This document shows positions 26,578 to 38,214 of a stretch of 64,000 nt of DNA, piece by piece. A model generated the notes under the pieces. The model ran no database searches. It was not told the DNA's origin and was given only the letters and a program-made list of their open reading frames with translations. The stretch is from Lingula anatina (taxonomy: Eukaryota; Animalia; Brachiopoda): NCBI GenBank assembly GCA_051362555.1, contig CM120641.1, forward strand, positions 3,658,001 through 3,722,000. Direction: 5' to 3'. Positions within the stretch are counted from its first letter, which is position 1. Each line of letters starts with the position of its first letter. Made by a program: the position numbers and the translations under genes.

Positions 26578-26860
26578 CGTGCCAATCTTTTCGATAAAAA
26601 ACACACAACATCCCCCAGTATTGACTTACTTGGTAGAAGCTTGTTCAATGACTGCAAAGCGGTGTGTTGATCATGTGCTCTTTGCGATAGTGAAACTGGA
26701 TGACTGCTGAGTGGAAATTCCCAATGACGTCATCGTGCCTTACATATGTTATTTTAGTCGAATTTTGCACTGTTGTGAATCAAGTAATGATCTAGGTCAT
26801 TAATCAAAATAAGACTTGTTAATAATTAGTTTATATATTTCGTAAATCGCATATTTTAAT

Positions 26861-26935
<75 letters not shown>

Positions 26936-27273
26936 AAACAATTTCTCAGCTTTATGGGGGCTTTATTTTTGTCAAATGTTATCTCTTGTGCAGGAATTGC
27001 ACCCCAAGTTTCAAGTGCCACTGGAAACTTGCCACGCCTACCTGAATACGACAGTCATTTTCAGTATCTGGGTTTAAAAATATCCCAATATACGGGCTAC
27101 CTCCCCCCCTTTCCATTTTAAAAAAAAATCACACCAACGTCTCCTCTTCAAATCAGAATTTTGACCAGCTGAAAGCTGAATCATGGTTCCAAACCGTATC
27201 AAATGGCACCGTTCGCCCTTTAAAATACCAAAAATTTCCGGGGCCTTTCAGCCGGCACCAAACCCCACGCCAA

Positions 27274-27308
<35 letters not shown>

Positions 27309-28016
27309 CTGCCACTCCTAAAAACCGAATCCCCTTAAAATAATCCTGGATCCGTCCCTGCTACTGGAAAGGGCAGAAGGATGCTGATTTTAGGGGAGTT
27401 TTCAGACCATCCAGAGAGCTCTAAAGCTGGTGAAAACCCCATTTGTTTACTTCAAATCTTCCAGGATATACTGACGGCTAGCGACAATCTCCCGCCATGC
27501 CTTCACAAATCAGCTAGGTAGGCATTGGAGGGGGGTAACAAATAGGGATAGTATATATGGGGGGGGGGGGGGGAGGGAGGGGGGATTCATTCTCCAACTA
27601 TCCTGAACATTTCCTGAATATTACATATGGTGGAAAAATCCATTTTTGGACAGGTAAGGTGGCGCATTCAAATTTTATTTGCTGTTAATAATATAATCGA
27701 AAAGCAAGGGGATAGGATCAAGGGCGGTTTTAGCCCGTCTTCTGGGTCTTCCGGGTTTCCAAGTTTAAGGAATCACGAGGATTATGATTTTAAATGAATA
27801 AAAAAATCCCCCAAACACATCCGCGCATAAAATCAGTTAGATCCCTCAAAGTCGATGCAAAGTGGTCTTTATCTACTTGTAAATTCACCGTATATTCCAC
27901 CAATAAATTCAGCTTTGAATCTTTACCAATTAATTTATTTCTATAATGTACTGACACGCATAAGAGTAGTGAACGAGACAGCTGAAAATATCAGGAGTCC
28001 ATGATCTAGAAGTGTA

Positions 28017-28055
<39 letters not shown>

Positions 28056-28339
28056 CGTGCCAATCTTTTCGATAAAAAACACACAACATCCCCCAGTATT
28101 GACTTACTTGGTAGAAGCTTGTTCAATGACTGCAAAGCGGTGTGTTGATCATGTGCTCTTTGCGATAGTGAAACTGGATGACTGCTGAGTGGAAATTCCC
28201 AATGACGTCATCGTGCCTTACATATGTTATTTTAGTCGAATTTTGCACTGTTGTGAATCAAGTAATGATCTAGGTCATTAATCAAAATAAGACTTGTTAA
28301 TAATTAGTTTATATATTTCGTAAATCGCATATTTTAATA

Positions 28340-28407
<68 letters not shown>

Positions 28408-29136
28408 AAACAATTTCTCAGCTTTATGGGGGCTTTATTTTTGTCAAATGTTATCTCTTGTGCAGGAATTGCACCCCAAGTTTCAAGTGCCACTGGAAAC
28501 TTGCCACGCCTACCTGAATACGACAGTCATTTTCAGTACCTGGGTTTAAAAATATCCCAATATACGGGCTACCTCCCCCCCTTTCCATTTTAAAAAAAAA
28601 TCACACCAACGTCTCCTCTTCAAATCAGAATTTTGACCAGCTGAAAGCTGAATCATGGTTCCAAACCGTATCAAATGGCACCGTTCGCCCTTTAAAATAC
28701 CAAAAACTTCCGGGGCCTTTCAGCCGGCACCAAACCCCACGCCAAGGGGGGGGGGGGGGGGGGCTGCCACTCCTAAAAACCGAATCCCCTTAAAATAATC
28801 CTGGATCCGTCCCTGCTACTGGAAAGGGCAGAAGGATGCTGATTTTAGGGGAGTTTTCAGACCATCCAGAGAGCTCTAAAGCTGGTGAAAACCCCATTTG
28901 TTTACTTCAAATCTTCCAGGATATACTGACGGCTAGCGACAATCTCCCGCCATGCCTTCACAGATCAGCTAGGTAGGCATTGGAGGGGGGTAAAAAATAG
29001 GGATAGTATATATGGGGGGGGGGGGGGAGGGAGGGGGGATTCATTCTCCAACTAGCCTGAACATTTCCTGAATATTACATATGGTGGAAAAATCCATTTT
29101 TGGACAGGTAAGGTGGCGCATTCAAATTTTATTTGC
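24744..29136. repeat. Three head-to-tail copies of a ~1.46-kb unit that is single-copy in A (~10389-11830)
   Basis: ctgttaataatataatcgaaaagcaagggg starts at 24744, 26198 and 27682. Each unit carries (GT)n(GA)n tracts, G-runs and the kB+CRE motif. Confidence 0.92.
25256..28210. promoter_or_regulatory. Three kB+CRE composite motifs (25256-25275, 26713-26732, 28191-28210)
   Basis: ggaaattcccaatgacgtca is identical in all three units and in copy A, while flanking sequence differs between A and B. Confidence 0.5.
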
Positions 29137-30245
29137 CGAAATTGTAGCTTTTTCGTTTCGAAAAGGGTGGTATTTTAGTCTTTTTACTCACAATGGACAA
29201 GAAGTGCTAGCATAATGTTGTTTGAGACTATCCAGTTACTGTTGTGAATGTCGGATGGCAATATAACCTGAGCTTACACATCAAGAGCACGGTGAAAACA
29301 TATATCTAGGCCTTTCAACAGAACTGATGCTGGGTATCGTCTATAGAGTTGATAAAACAGTTAAGACAATAGAATCGAAAGCCAAAAGCACCCACCCATA
29401 ACAATGATGAGCAGGATCAAAACAAAGATTCGTCTTTGGAAACTTTGATGCGCAACATTTGAATCGAAATAAAATTCGAGCCATATAGCTTATACTGTAG
29501 ATATTGCCCCCCCCCCCCCCCTTTTACGACGATGCCACGAATTTTGTATTTATAATTTTTTTTCTTTTTTTTTTATACTCCCTCTCTTAGGCAATTTAAT
29601 TCAACAACCCATTAATGTATCACTTATCAGACCTCAAGCAGAGAGGCGCGCGAAGCAGTCTATTCTTCTTCTTTAGAGGTTGCGCCCATGGGCCGTCTCA
29701 GAAAATAACTCAATACGAAAATTCGTCTAAACTTAAGACGTCTAACTTAAGTCTACTTTGACCCCGGATAAATCAGTAGTACATTTATTAAACTAATATT
29801 GAGAATTTGCACGGTTTTAATCAGAAGAGCATGGTTAATATCGGTGTAATTTTATTTTATTCAGGTGGACTACATGTACTGTGGATTTATCTTGACCCAA
29901 AGTAGACCACTATCAAAGTTTGGGCTAATATTTTTGCCTAAAAGTTAAGGCCGGTTTTCAAGCTAAAAATGTAATCACCGCCTGATCTACCAAAGACCGT
30001 TCTCCTTAATTATCGCGGGGAGAACGATCTAATATGGCATCACCTATGGAGACCGCCGAGTATCACTACGTTTCAAAATGCATTCATAAGGAGGATGATT
30101 GCTACATCTTATAAAGAAAATTATGTATAATTATTACAAGGCAAAAGTTTTATTTTCTAAGTTTCAAGAACTTTTATTGATCACAGCAAGAGAAAAACAG
30201 TTCATGACTGATTGAAAATCAAATCAGATGACTTTCAGTTTTCGT

Positions 30246-33200
30246 TCAATCTTGCTGAGGGACAGGGGGTTGACCTTGGGCGTGGCTTGGACGTCCGGCG
30301 TGGTCTGGCTTGCCTTGTGCTTTATCTGCTTGGTCCTGCTTATTTACTTGACCTACAGCTTGAGCGTGGTCTGGGCGTCCGGCGTGGTCTGGCTTGCCTT
30401 GTGCTTTATCTGCTTGGTCCTGCTTATCTACTTGACCTACAGCTTGAGCGTGGTCTGGGCGTCCGGCGTGGTCTGGCTTGCCTTGTGCTTTATCTGCTTG
30501 GTCCTGCTTATCTACTTGGCCTACAGCTTGAGCGTGGTCTGGGCGTCCGGCGTGGTCTGGCTTGCCTTGTGCTTTATCTGCTTGGTCCTGCTTATCTACT
30601 TGGCCTACAGCTTGAGCGTGGTCTGGGCGTCCGGCGTGGTCTGGCTTGCCTTGTGCTTTATCTGCTTGGTCCTGCTTATCTACTTGACCTACAGCTTGAG
30701 CGTGGTCTGGGCGTCCGGCGTGGTCTGGCTTGCCTTGTGCTTTATCTGCTTGGTCCTGCTTATCTACTTGACCTACAGCTTGAGCGTGGTCTGGGCGTCC
30801 GGCGTGGTCTGGCTTGCCTTGTGCTTTATCTGCTTGGTCCTGCTTATCTACTTGACCTACAGCTTGAGCGTGGTCTGGGCGTCCGGCGTGGTCTGGCTTG
30901 CCTTGTGCTTTATCTGCTTGGTCCTGCTTATCTACTTGACCTACAGCTTGAGCGTGGTCTGGGCGTCCGGCGTGGTCTGGCTTGCCTTGTGCTTTATCTG
31001 CTTGGTCCTGCTTATCTACTTGACCTACAGCTTGAGCGTGGTCTGGGCGTCCGGCGTGGTCTGGCTTGCCTTGTGCTTTATCTGCTTGGTCCTGCTTATC
31101 TACTTGACCTACAGCTTGAGCGTGGTCTGGGCGTCCGGCGTGGTCTGGCTTGCCTTGTGCTTTATCTGCTTGGTCCTGCTTATCTACTTGACCAACAGCT
31201 TGAGCGTGGTCTGGGCGTCCGGCGTGGTCTGGCTTGCCTTGTGCTTTATCTGCTTTGTCCTGCTTATCTACTTGACCTACAGCTTGAGCGTGGTCTGGGC
31301 GTCCGGCGTGGTCTGGCTTGCCTTGTGCTTTCTCTGGTTTTCCTCCAAACTGGTCACCAGAGCCGGGCTCGTCAGTTGGGAGTGGACAATGTGCCCTTTG
31401 CAAGGTGCGGTCCTTGCAGTACGCTTGGAACAGGTAGCATCTGGAAGAAAAAGATATAGTGAGTGCACTGTTATCATGCCTTGTCCAGCTACTAATCTAT
31501 TATAGTTGAAGCCAATAAGGACACACACGAAAACATTGCAGTTGATATAGCTCTCCATCTTCTTAATTAATCAAGATGGCTAAGGGGGAGGTGTTGGGTT
31601 GGGGAAGGGGTAACAATTATGGAACAACATCTCTGATGAACAGGTTTCGTGCCTTTTTACTGTCTCAGAAAAACTGACTGTTCCATAAACATCTTACTAA
31701 AACTAGAACCACGACATCATTTTATCCAAAAACTTCTGATTTGACTTGCATTTGGATTCGGAAAGTTGTCGAAAAAAAAAGCTTCTTTTACAGAGACAAA
31801 GAAATGCAAATTAAAATAAGTGTATGGTGTGCATGATATTATGTCTCACCTGTTGGGGTACTCATTGCCCTTGTCGTCACAGACAACGTGCTCCTTCAAG
31901 AGAGAGCAGTCAACTGTTTCCGCCTGCTTGCACTCCTCGTCCACGCGGCTGCTAGGGCGGTCACGGGTGACCATACGGCACTTCTTGGGGGTCAGCTCAG
32001 GGTCGGCGCAGCGGGCTTTTTCGAACTCGCATCTGTAAAGGGATGGTGGTTGCTGTTTTCATTCGTTATATGGATCATTTCAGATCAATTTCTCTTACGT
32101 CTTATGTCCATCCATAAAGAAAGTTAGTCAAGCAAGGAATTAAGGTCAATGGTGATAGAAGGTGAGCTACATTTTTGCCATGGAAAAAATTAATGGATTT
32201 CAGACGTGTAATTTACAAGAAAACATACAGTATATTGGATAACTGAAATGAATTTAATAACTAGATAGATAATTGACAGAGAAAAAAATTGAAAAATAAA
32301 CAGCGGATTGATAGACAGATATATCACTTGATGGATTAATAAATTTAATAAAAGTGATGGCCATCTCACGCACCTGTTGGAGTACTTGTTACCCTTGCTG
32401 TCACAGTAGGTTCCCTTGTGGTTCCAGCGTGCGATGACAGAGCAGTCCATGTCCTTCACCTCCTCGCACTTGTCTTCTGGTTTTTCTGGTTCACCAGAAC
32501 CTGCCAAGGTCTCGACATCGGGCTTCAGTTTGTCAGGGCGGTCGCAACGCGTCAGCTTCAGGTCTGGGTTGTCGCATTGCGCCTTGAAGAACTCGCACCT
32601 GAAAAAAAATAAGAAAATAATCTGCCCAGCTTTAAACACCAAGCTCAGCTCACACTAGTGAAGTTCCAGCCTCGAGAGAGCGTTGGCTTGTGCATCTAAT
32701 GGGTGTTACATCTATCTGTGAGGCCAATGGCTGAATTATTTTTGGTAACGGGCCAATTAACATTTGTGAACTTTGGGGTTAAGTAAATGGCCAAAAAAGA
32801 GTACGTTATTTTTAATGAATCATACTAGGCTGAATAAAAAACAAAATAATTACCAGACTTATATTTCTGATAAATTTAACCCTGGCAAGGACGTACATGA
32901 TTCTTTGCCCAAGGGGAGTAACGTGCAGTCCCCTGGAGAGGATGTTTGATGACCACAAACGGTAAAAAAAGACTTACCTGTTGGCGTAGGTGTTCCCTTG
33001 GACGTCACACAACTTCCTGACGTGGTTCCATGGCGCCATGACTTGGGCGCAGTCCAGGGCCTTCAGTTGCTTGCATTTGTCATCGTCCTTATCATCCCCC
33101 GAACCCTGAGGCTTGATGTGCCAACTGGGTCTGGCAGCGACAGCTAAAAGAAGAGAAAAATTGACCAAACTTAATTGAAAATGGCAAAAAAGAAAATGAA

Positions 33201-33318
33201 CAAGTTAGATATTATATTGGATAAAGAAAACTGCCCTTTTTTCATTACAAGGCGACTTTTTGCATGGCAGCCCTTGTAACTTACCAACAGCAAAAAGGCA
33301 GACGATCAAGATCTTCAT
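30246..33318 (-). CDS. Secreted 3x Kazal-like protein with a ~350-aa His/Asp/Gln/Lys-rich tandem-repeat tail, copy B
   Basis: Exons 33318-33285, 33143-32978, 32598-32374, 32032-31850 and 31440-30246; the first four match copy A in length. The last exon encodes ~12.5 x QAVGQVDKQDQADKAQGKPDHAGRPDHA. Confidence 0.82.
30279..31330. repeat. 84-bp coding minisatellite, ~12.5 near-identical copies
   Basis: Unit cttgagcgtggtctgggcgtccggcgtggtctggcttgccttgtgctttatctgcttggtcctgcttatctacttgacctacag, with only scattered single substitutions. Confidence 0.95.
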
Positions 33319-33348
33319 AGTTGTTGCTTGTATCCCACTGGAGTCAAC

Positions 33349-33384
33349 GACTGAAGAAGCCTGTATTCTGGAGCAGTATTTATA
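33349..33384 (-). promoter_or_regulatory. TATA box and Inr of Kazal-like gene copy B
   Basis: TATAAATA (minus, 33384-33377) with TCAGT about 30 bp downstream. Confidence 0.65.
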
Positions 33385-35466
33385 CACAGAGCGATGGAGA
33401 CCTGAACAGGTGCTCTGCCAAATCAACAGGATATCGATGTTATGGGGAGTGGGTGCAGGTCTCGGGGTCTGTGATTAAACGCTGAAGCGTTTGGCGATAT
33501 TCTCATGGTCTGGTGTACGTGTGTAAGTTGTGCAATGCTGTGCTCGTGGTTATAATATGTGTGCTTTAAAAATATCAACTTTTTGTATAAGAAACCAACC
33601 CAACATCCTATCATATTGAAAGGTTTATAGGAAATAGCATATTTATGACATTTCTTTTTCTTTTTTACAAATTCCTTCATTGCAATTGAAAGCGCATGCC
33701 TTAGAATTATTCTATATTTTCGCTTTTTTTTTCAGTCGAATGGATGTTTGAAATTCGAAAAATCCAAACGAGACATCACTTAAAAGACATTATCATTTTC
33801 AAAAACCAAACAAGTAGAAAAATTGCGACTTTGTGCGAATATGAATTCTGAAATTTGCTTATGGGACGATAATACCAAAAATTAATCAAGAAGAAAAACT
33901 TGTTATTAGAGAGAATGTTTCAATTTAATCTTTGTCCTTATATGAAAAATATCGTAAACATTGTTAAAATCCAGTTTATTAGTTTAATTGAAATAGGCAT
34001 GCCACCTGTTGTTTATCTTCATCAAAATGGAACAAACTAAGACCATAGCAAAATAGGCCTACACATAGATAAAATCATAAGAATCGTCATCTGGGATGAA
34101 CATGTAGGCGTCCGTCAATGTAAAGCACCAGACGGTACCGAGTTAACTAAAAGTTTTGTAAGTAGAAGCTATAAAGGTCATTACTTATTAATTATAAAAT
34201 AGGTCCCTTTGAAGAACAGAAAAGTGAAAAAATGAAGTGAAAGAATTATCCAATTCTACCTTATTTAAAGCTCTGGTGACAGAAAGTGATAAATCTAGCT
34301 TTTTGTGTAAATCGTGGAAAATTTAAAAATCCATACCTTGCTAGTAAGGGGCAGTTTTCATATTTCATAACGAAGGATTCAGCTGTTTTAGTAAAGAAGG
34401 TTTTAAAAATAAAAACCCTTTTGGGTAAAATCTGCACGTTATTAATACTAACAAAAATTACACTGTGCTAAAGGGGTATTACGAGAGGCACGTTTATTTT
34501 AATGACACATTTTTCCTCAACCTCAAGTTTATTTTTTACAATGCCTGGTAACGAAGGTTTTGAAAACTACTCTGGAAGAGAAAACAGTTTTGCCGCGTTA
34601 TGTGTAAAACTTTTAAACTGTGCCCTGTCACCATATCGTCTAACTAATCATGGATGTAAATGAATTGAAAATTTTACGAATGGCTTAAATATTACAAAAA
34701 CATCAAACAACTAAAAATGATGACCTGCGCCAAAAGACAGAACGAATTTTTTTTCATTTTGTAAAAACCCGGTATAAACCGCCAAAGTAGACGTTAACTA
34801 TTTATTGAGTTATTTAAAATAAACATTCTAGATATTTTCTGAGATTTTACTCGCTTCCTTGCAATGTTCAAACAGTATAAAAACTTTGCTGCTTTTTGCT
34901 GCTTTTTGCTGTTAATACCTGAAAATACTCTTTGTTCGAAAATTAAATGCATTATATCCATTCCGTCATTTTATTATAACTAGATGGGATAACCACGTGC
35001 ACTTTACCTTGTATGTATCGAAGAATAAGAAAAGAAAAAATGATTGTTATTAAAAACATTTCTTTCCAAAAAAATGCATTATAAATAACCTTGTCTTTTA
35101 CAAAATCTACCAACTGCACATGTAGATTAAAATTACGTAGAATATAACGGGCAGTTTATGAACAGTTTATTTTTTGTATTAAAAAACACACGTAGAATTT
35201 ACACGAGTTAATTTAGCTGAGGTGATTGCTCACTCACTAGTGGTGGTGGAAAGAGGGGGGGGAGCTGTTGGTCACTGTCGGCTGATTGATATTATAGAGA
35301 TTGACACCTCACTCAATTACAAATGTAAAAAACGCATCTACTGTTATCATCAAAAGAGTACGTTATAGAAAAGAAAATCAGTAAATGAGTATGATATCCA
35401 TTTTACCATGCGCACCCTGAATTTCAAAGACTATTTGAGCCTAACCTCTATGGGTCTATTCCCACA

Positions 35467-35636
35467 ACTTTAGATCGATCTATCACCGCGGGGAGTCTCA
35501 CTAGATTACTGTCAGATAATCCCCCTTAAGTGTCCGTCCCCGCCTACTACAAGCTGTAAGAGGTAATTAACTTTCGTGTCCGCCCGGCTGACAGCTATTT
35601 AGCGTGAACCCCCAGGGAGTTAGGTCGATCTAAAGT
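35467..35636. mobile_element. Possible degenerate MITE / inverted-repeat element
   Basis: actttagatcgatcta (35467-35482) is the reverse complement of taggtcgatctaaagt (35621-35636) with 1 mismatch. No clear TSD. Confidence 0.35.
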
Positions 35637-37742
35637 AGGTCGATCTAATCTATGGAAATGGGGTGTAACACTTTAATAGGGGTGATCCCAGCACTCTGAG
35701 CTCTCTCTCAAACTCAGGATGACCAAGTGCGGACGAGCAAGGACAATGTCCTCCAGTGGTGTATATCATAATACGGTCGGTTGGCGTGGGCAATTTAAGG
35801 TGGGCATTAAAGTTCGTTTCTATGTACAAGGAAGATTAAGATTCTGGAGGTCAGGGTTCTTTTCTAATCCTTATGTAGGTGGACACTGCCTCACTTTCTC
35901 ATTAGGCGTTAGCGGGTTTGAGAGAGGTAAAGCACCTGGGACCTAGAAGGAGGAAGGGGGCGGGTCGTGAAAAAAATTGTTTTCAAGTGCCCGACAGAAC
36001 GGTGTGCAGTGCCAACTTCAGTGCGGTGAGGGGGGGGGGGGGGGGGTTACCAGTTTTACCATGCCTTGGCACTTTCACTGACATGTGGTCTTTTGCAAAA
36101 AAAAAAGGTTTCGCTCATCAAGTGAACTTAGTGTTTGATATTTCTCAACAAACGTGCATATCCTATTTTATATGCTTAACTGTTTACATTTTGAAACAAC
36201 CGAAGCTGAGTGAACCATCTAGCGTACATTTTTGTCTCAATATATATATATATGTACTATCTTAGCCAAAATGTTAGCCCTAAAAGATCGTTTTTGTTCA
36301 TAAATCATCACATGACAACTTTAAACCGTGAAACTGTGCTTTTTTATTCCAGCACGTCTTACAGGGTACAGAAAAGCCAAAATACCGGCAAATGTATCCA
36401 TTTTATACCATTTATTCGGAACATGCAACCCTAAATACGACGTTCCGCATTGATTTCCAAAGAAGTAGAAAATGGCTATAAAATTGAAAAGACAACGCCA
36501 ATGTCACCAAATCCATACAGTTGTATGTAGCACCAGAATTCACTTTTCGAACTAACGTGTCTATTAGTGCGTGTATCTATTGCGTTCTGCAATTTTCTCA
36601 TGTAGACGGGGCGACATGCCTCCTACAAGGTGTCTGGGTTCGTTATTAGAGCTATCATAATTTTTATCTAATGTCGTAAATGAATTTTCAGTTTTCCAGT
36701 TTTCATTGGATTGGGAACTGATGAATTCTATTCCATTCAATTTAATTTCCTGAAGTTTATTAGAAAGATGCTCTACAATATTATGTGCCATGAATGCATT
36801 TTTTTTTTGTTGAGTAAGTCAAATGTGTCACCAGGATTTATACATATGTTATCAGTCTACAGGCCCAGTATAAGTTGCATCGAATCAAACAAGGTTATTC
36901 AATTCAATAAGAAGCCATGGAATTAATTAAGGAGACCATCCACCTCAAACTTATTTGGCAATGGTTCTCTACCCTGAAACTATACGATTCACCTGGTTTA
37001 ATCAATATAGGTATCAGTATCAACCTGTATCTGGAAGCCATTTAGCATCTAATTCTTCTGTATCAATAAGCATAATTTGACTTGAGTGACTCATCTGGCT
37101 GTGAAGGCAATACTATGTGACTGCATGTATAAGTAAAGGTACATAAAGATAGAGGCTGGAGAAAAAGTGACATGAGACAGGCGAATAAAAGTCTGAGAAG
37201 ATTCCACCCCTGGTTGTTATATACCCTGCCCCATGCCTCGGTGTCAAGCGGTATTTCAGATAGAACCTGTGCAGGGCATAACACGGTCCCCTACAAAGGG
37301 TTACAAGTCTGTTTTCTGGGACATTGTTCTAGGTTAGGGAATTAATTCTTCTCTCCTTTGCGCACTCCCGATCATCCCTCAGGTGCAGACATCATATTAA
37401 TTTTAAAGGGAACACAAATTATGGAATTGAAATGTCTAAATATAGATCTGTATATGGAGTGTGTGAAAAGACACACAAACCAAAAACATGCAAAGCCTAC
37501 ACATTCTTGTAAACTAAAATGTGGAGTTGGTAATTGTTGAGTATTAGGGCTCAAAAGCCCTTTCTCGTTTGATAGTCAATCCTTATACTAAGAAAAGAAT
37601 AAAAAGACAGAAGACTGATAAATTCATTAAATTTACTATTTAGGCAAGGGAATATATTTTCATTACATTTCACCTTAAAATAGGCACATATTTCAAGTTT
37701 CTTAATAACTTCATGAAAATATTGACCAACTGATAACTGAAT

Positions 37743-37865
37743 GTCTACTTTTTAATGCATGTTGGCCAAGAACAAAATAACCATGTAAAATATATTTGAC
37801 ATGGTCTACTTTTTAATGCATGTTGGCCAAGAACAAAATAACCATGTAAAATATGTTTGACATGG
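37743..37865. repeat. 61-bp tandem duplication
   Basis: gtctactttttaatgcatgttggccaagaacaaaataaccatgtaaaatat... occurs twice in direct succession. Confidence 0.85.
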
Positions 37866-38214
37866 CAGAATACCTCATCTCTGACTCTTAACATGGGATT
37901 AAATATGTGTTCTTAGAATTCCATTTCTTTTTTTTTTTTTTTTTGCATTGAGAGTACGTTTTAAATGAGCTAGAGCCAGGCAGTTTCTATTCACTTTCTG
38001 TTCCATGTGACATTATGATTATCTGAGGCATCATAGTTAACATAGCTCAGGTGAGCCTGAACAACACGTCACATATATGTAGTTCAATGGTAAAAAAAAA
38101 AAGATTTCTTATGCTTCCAAAATTTGATACTTTGTCTTCTAATAAAGTGTTCAAAAGGCAACAACACTGACCATGAAACTGTGGTCCTCAACTTAAGCAC
38201 ACTCATAAACTCAA

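Larger units (their letters stand above)
16592..35318. repeat. Tandem segmental duplication, copy B
   Basis: Colinear with 1676-16533. It lacks the lectin terminal exon and is longer because of a 1.46-kb triplication and an 84-bp coding repeat. Confidence 0.9.

Noticed and set aside
25000-28493. Repeated ORFs with THTH/LSLS/CVCV/ERER tracts
   Set aside because: They are translations of (GT)n(GA)n microsatellites.
30279-31330. CRISPR-like appearance of regular repeats (also 53095-54235)
   Set aside because: There are no unique spacers or cas genes, and the context is eukaryotic.
30212-31505. Two long hydrophobic plus-strand ORFs (415 and 425 aa)
   Set aside because: They are shadows of the stop-free 84-bp repeat. 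Splice sites, signal peptide and TATA box support the minus-strand reading.
36564-37284. Short minus-strand ORFs (75 and 73 aa)
   Set aside because: No recognisable domain or consistent splice structure.
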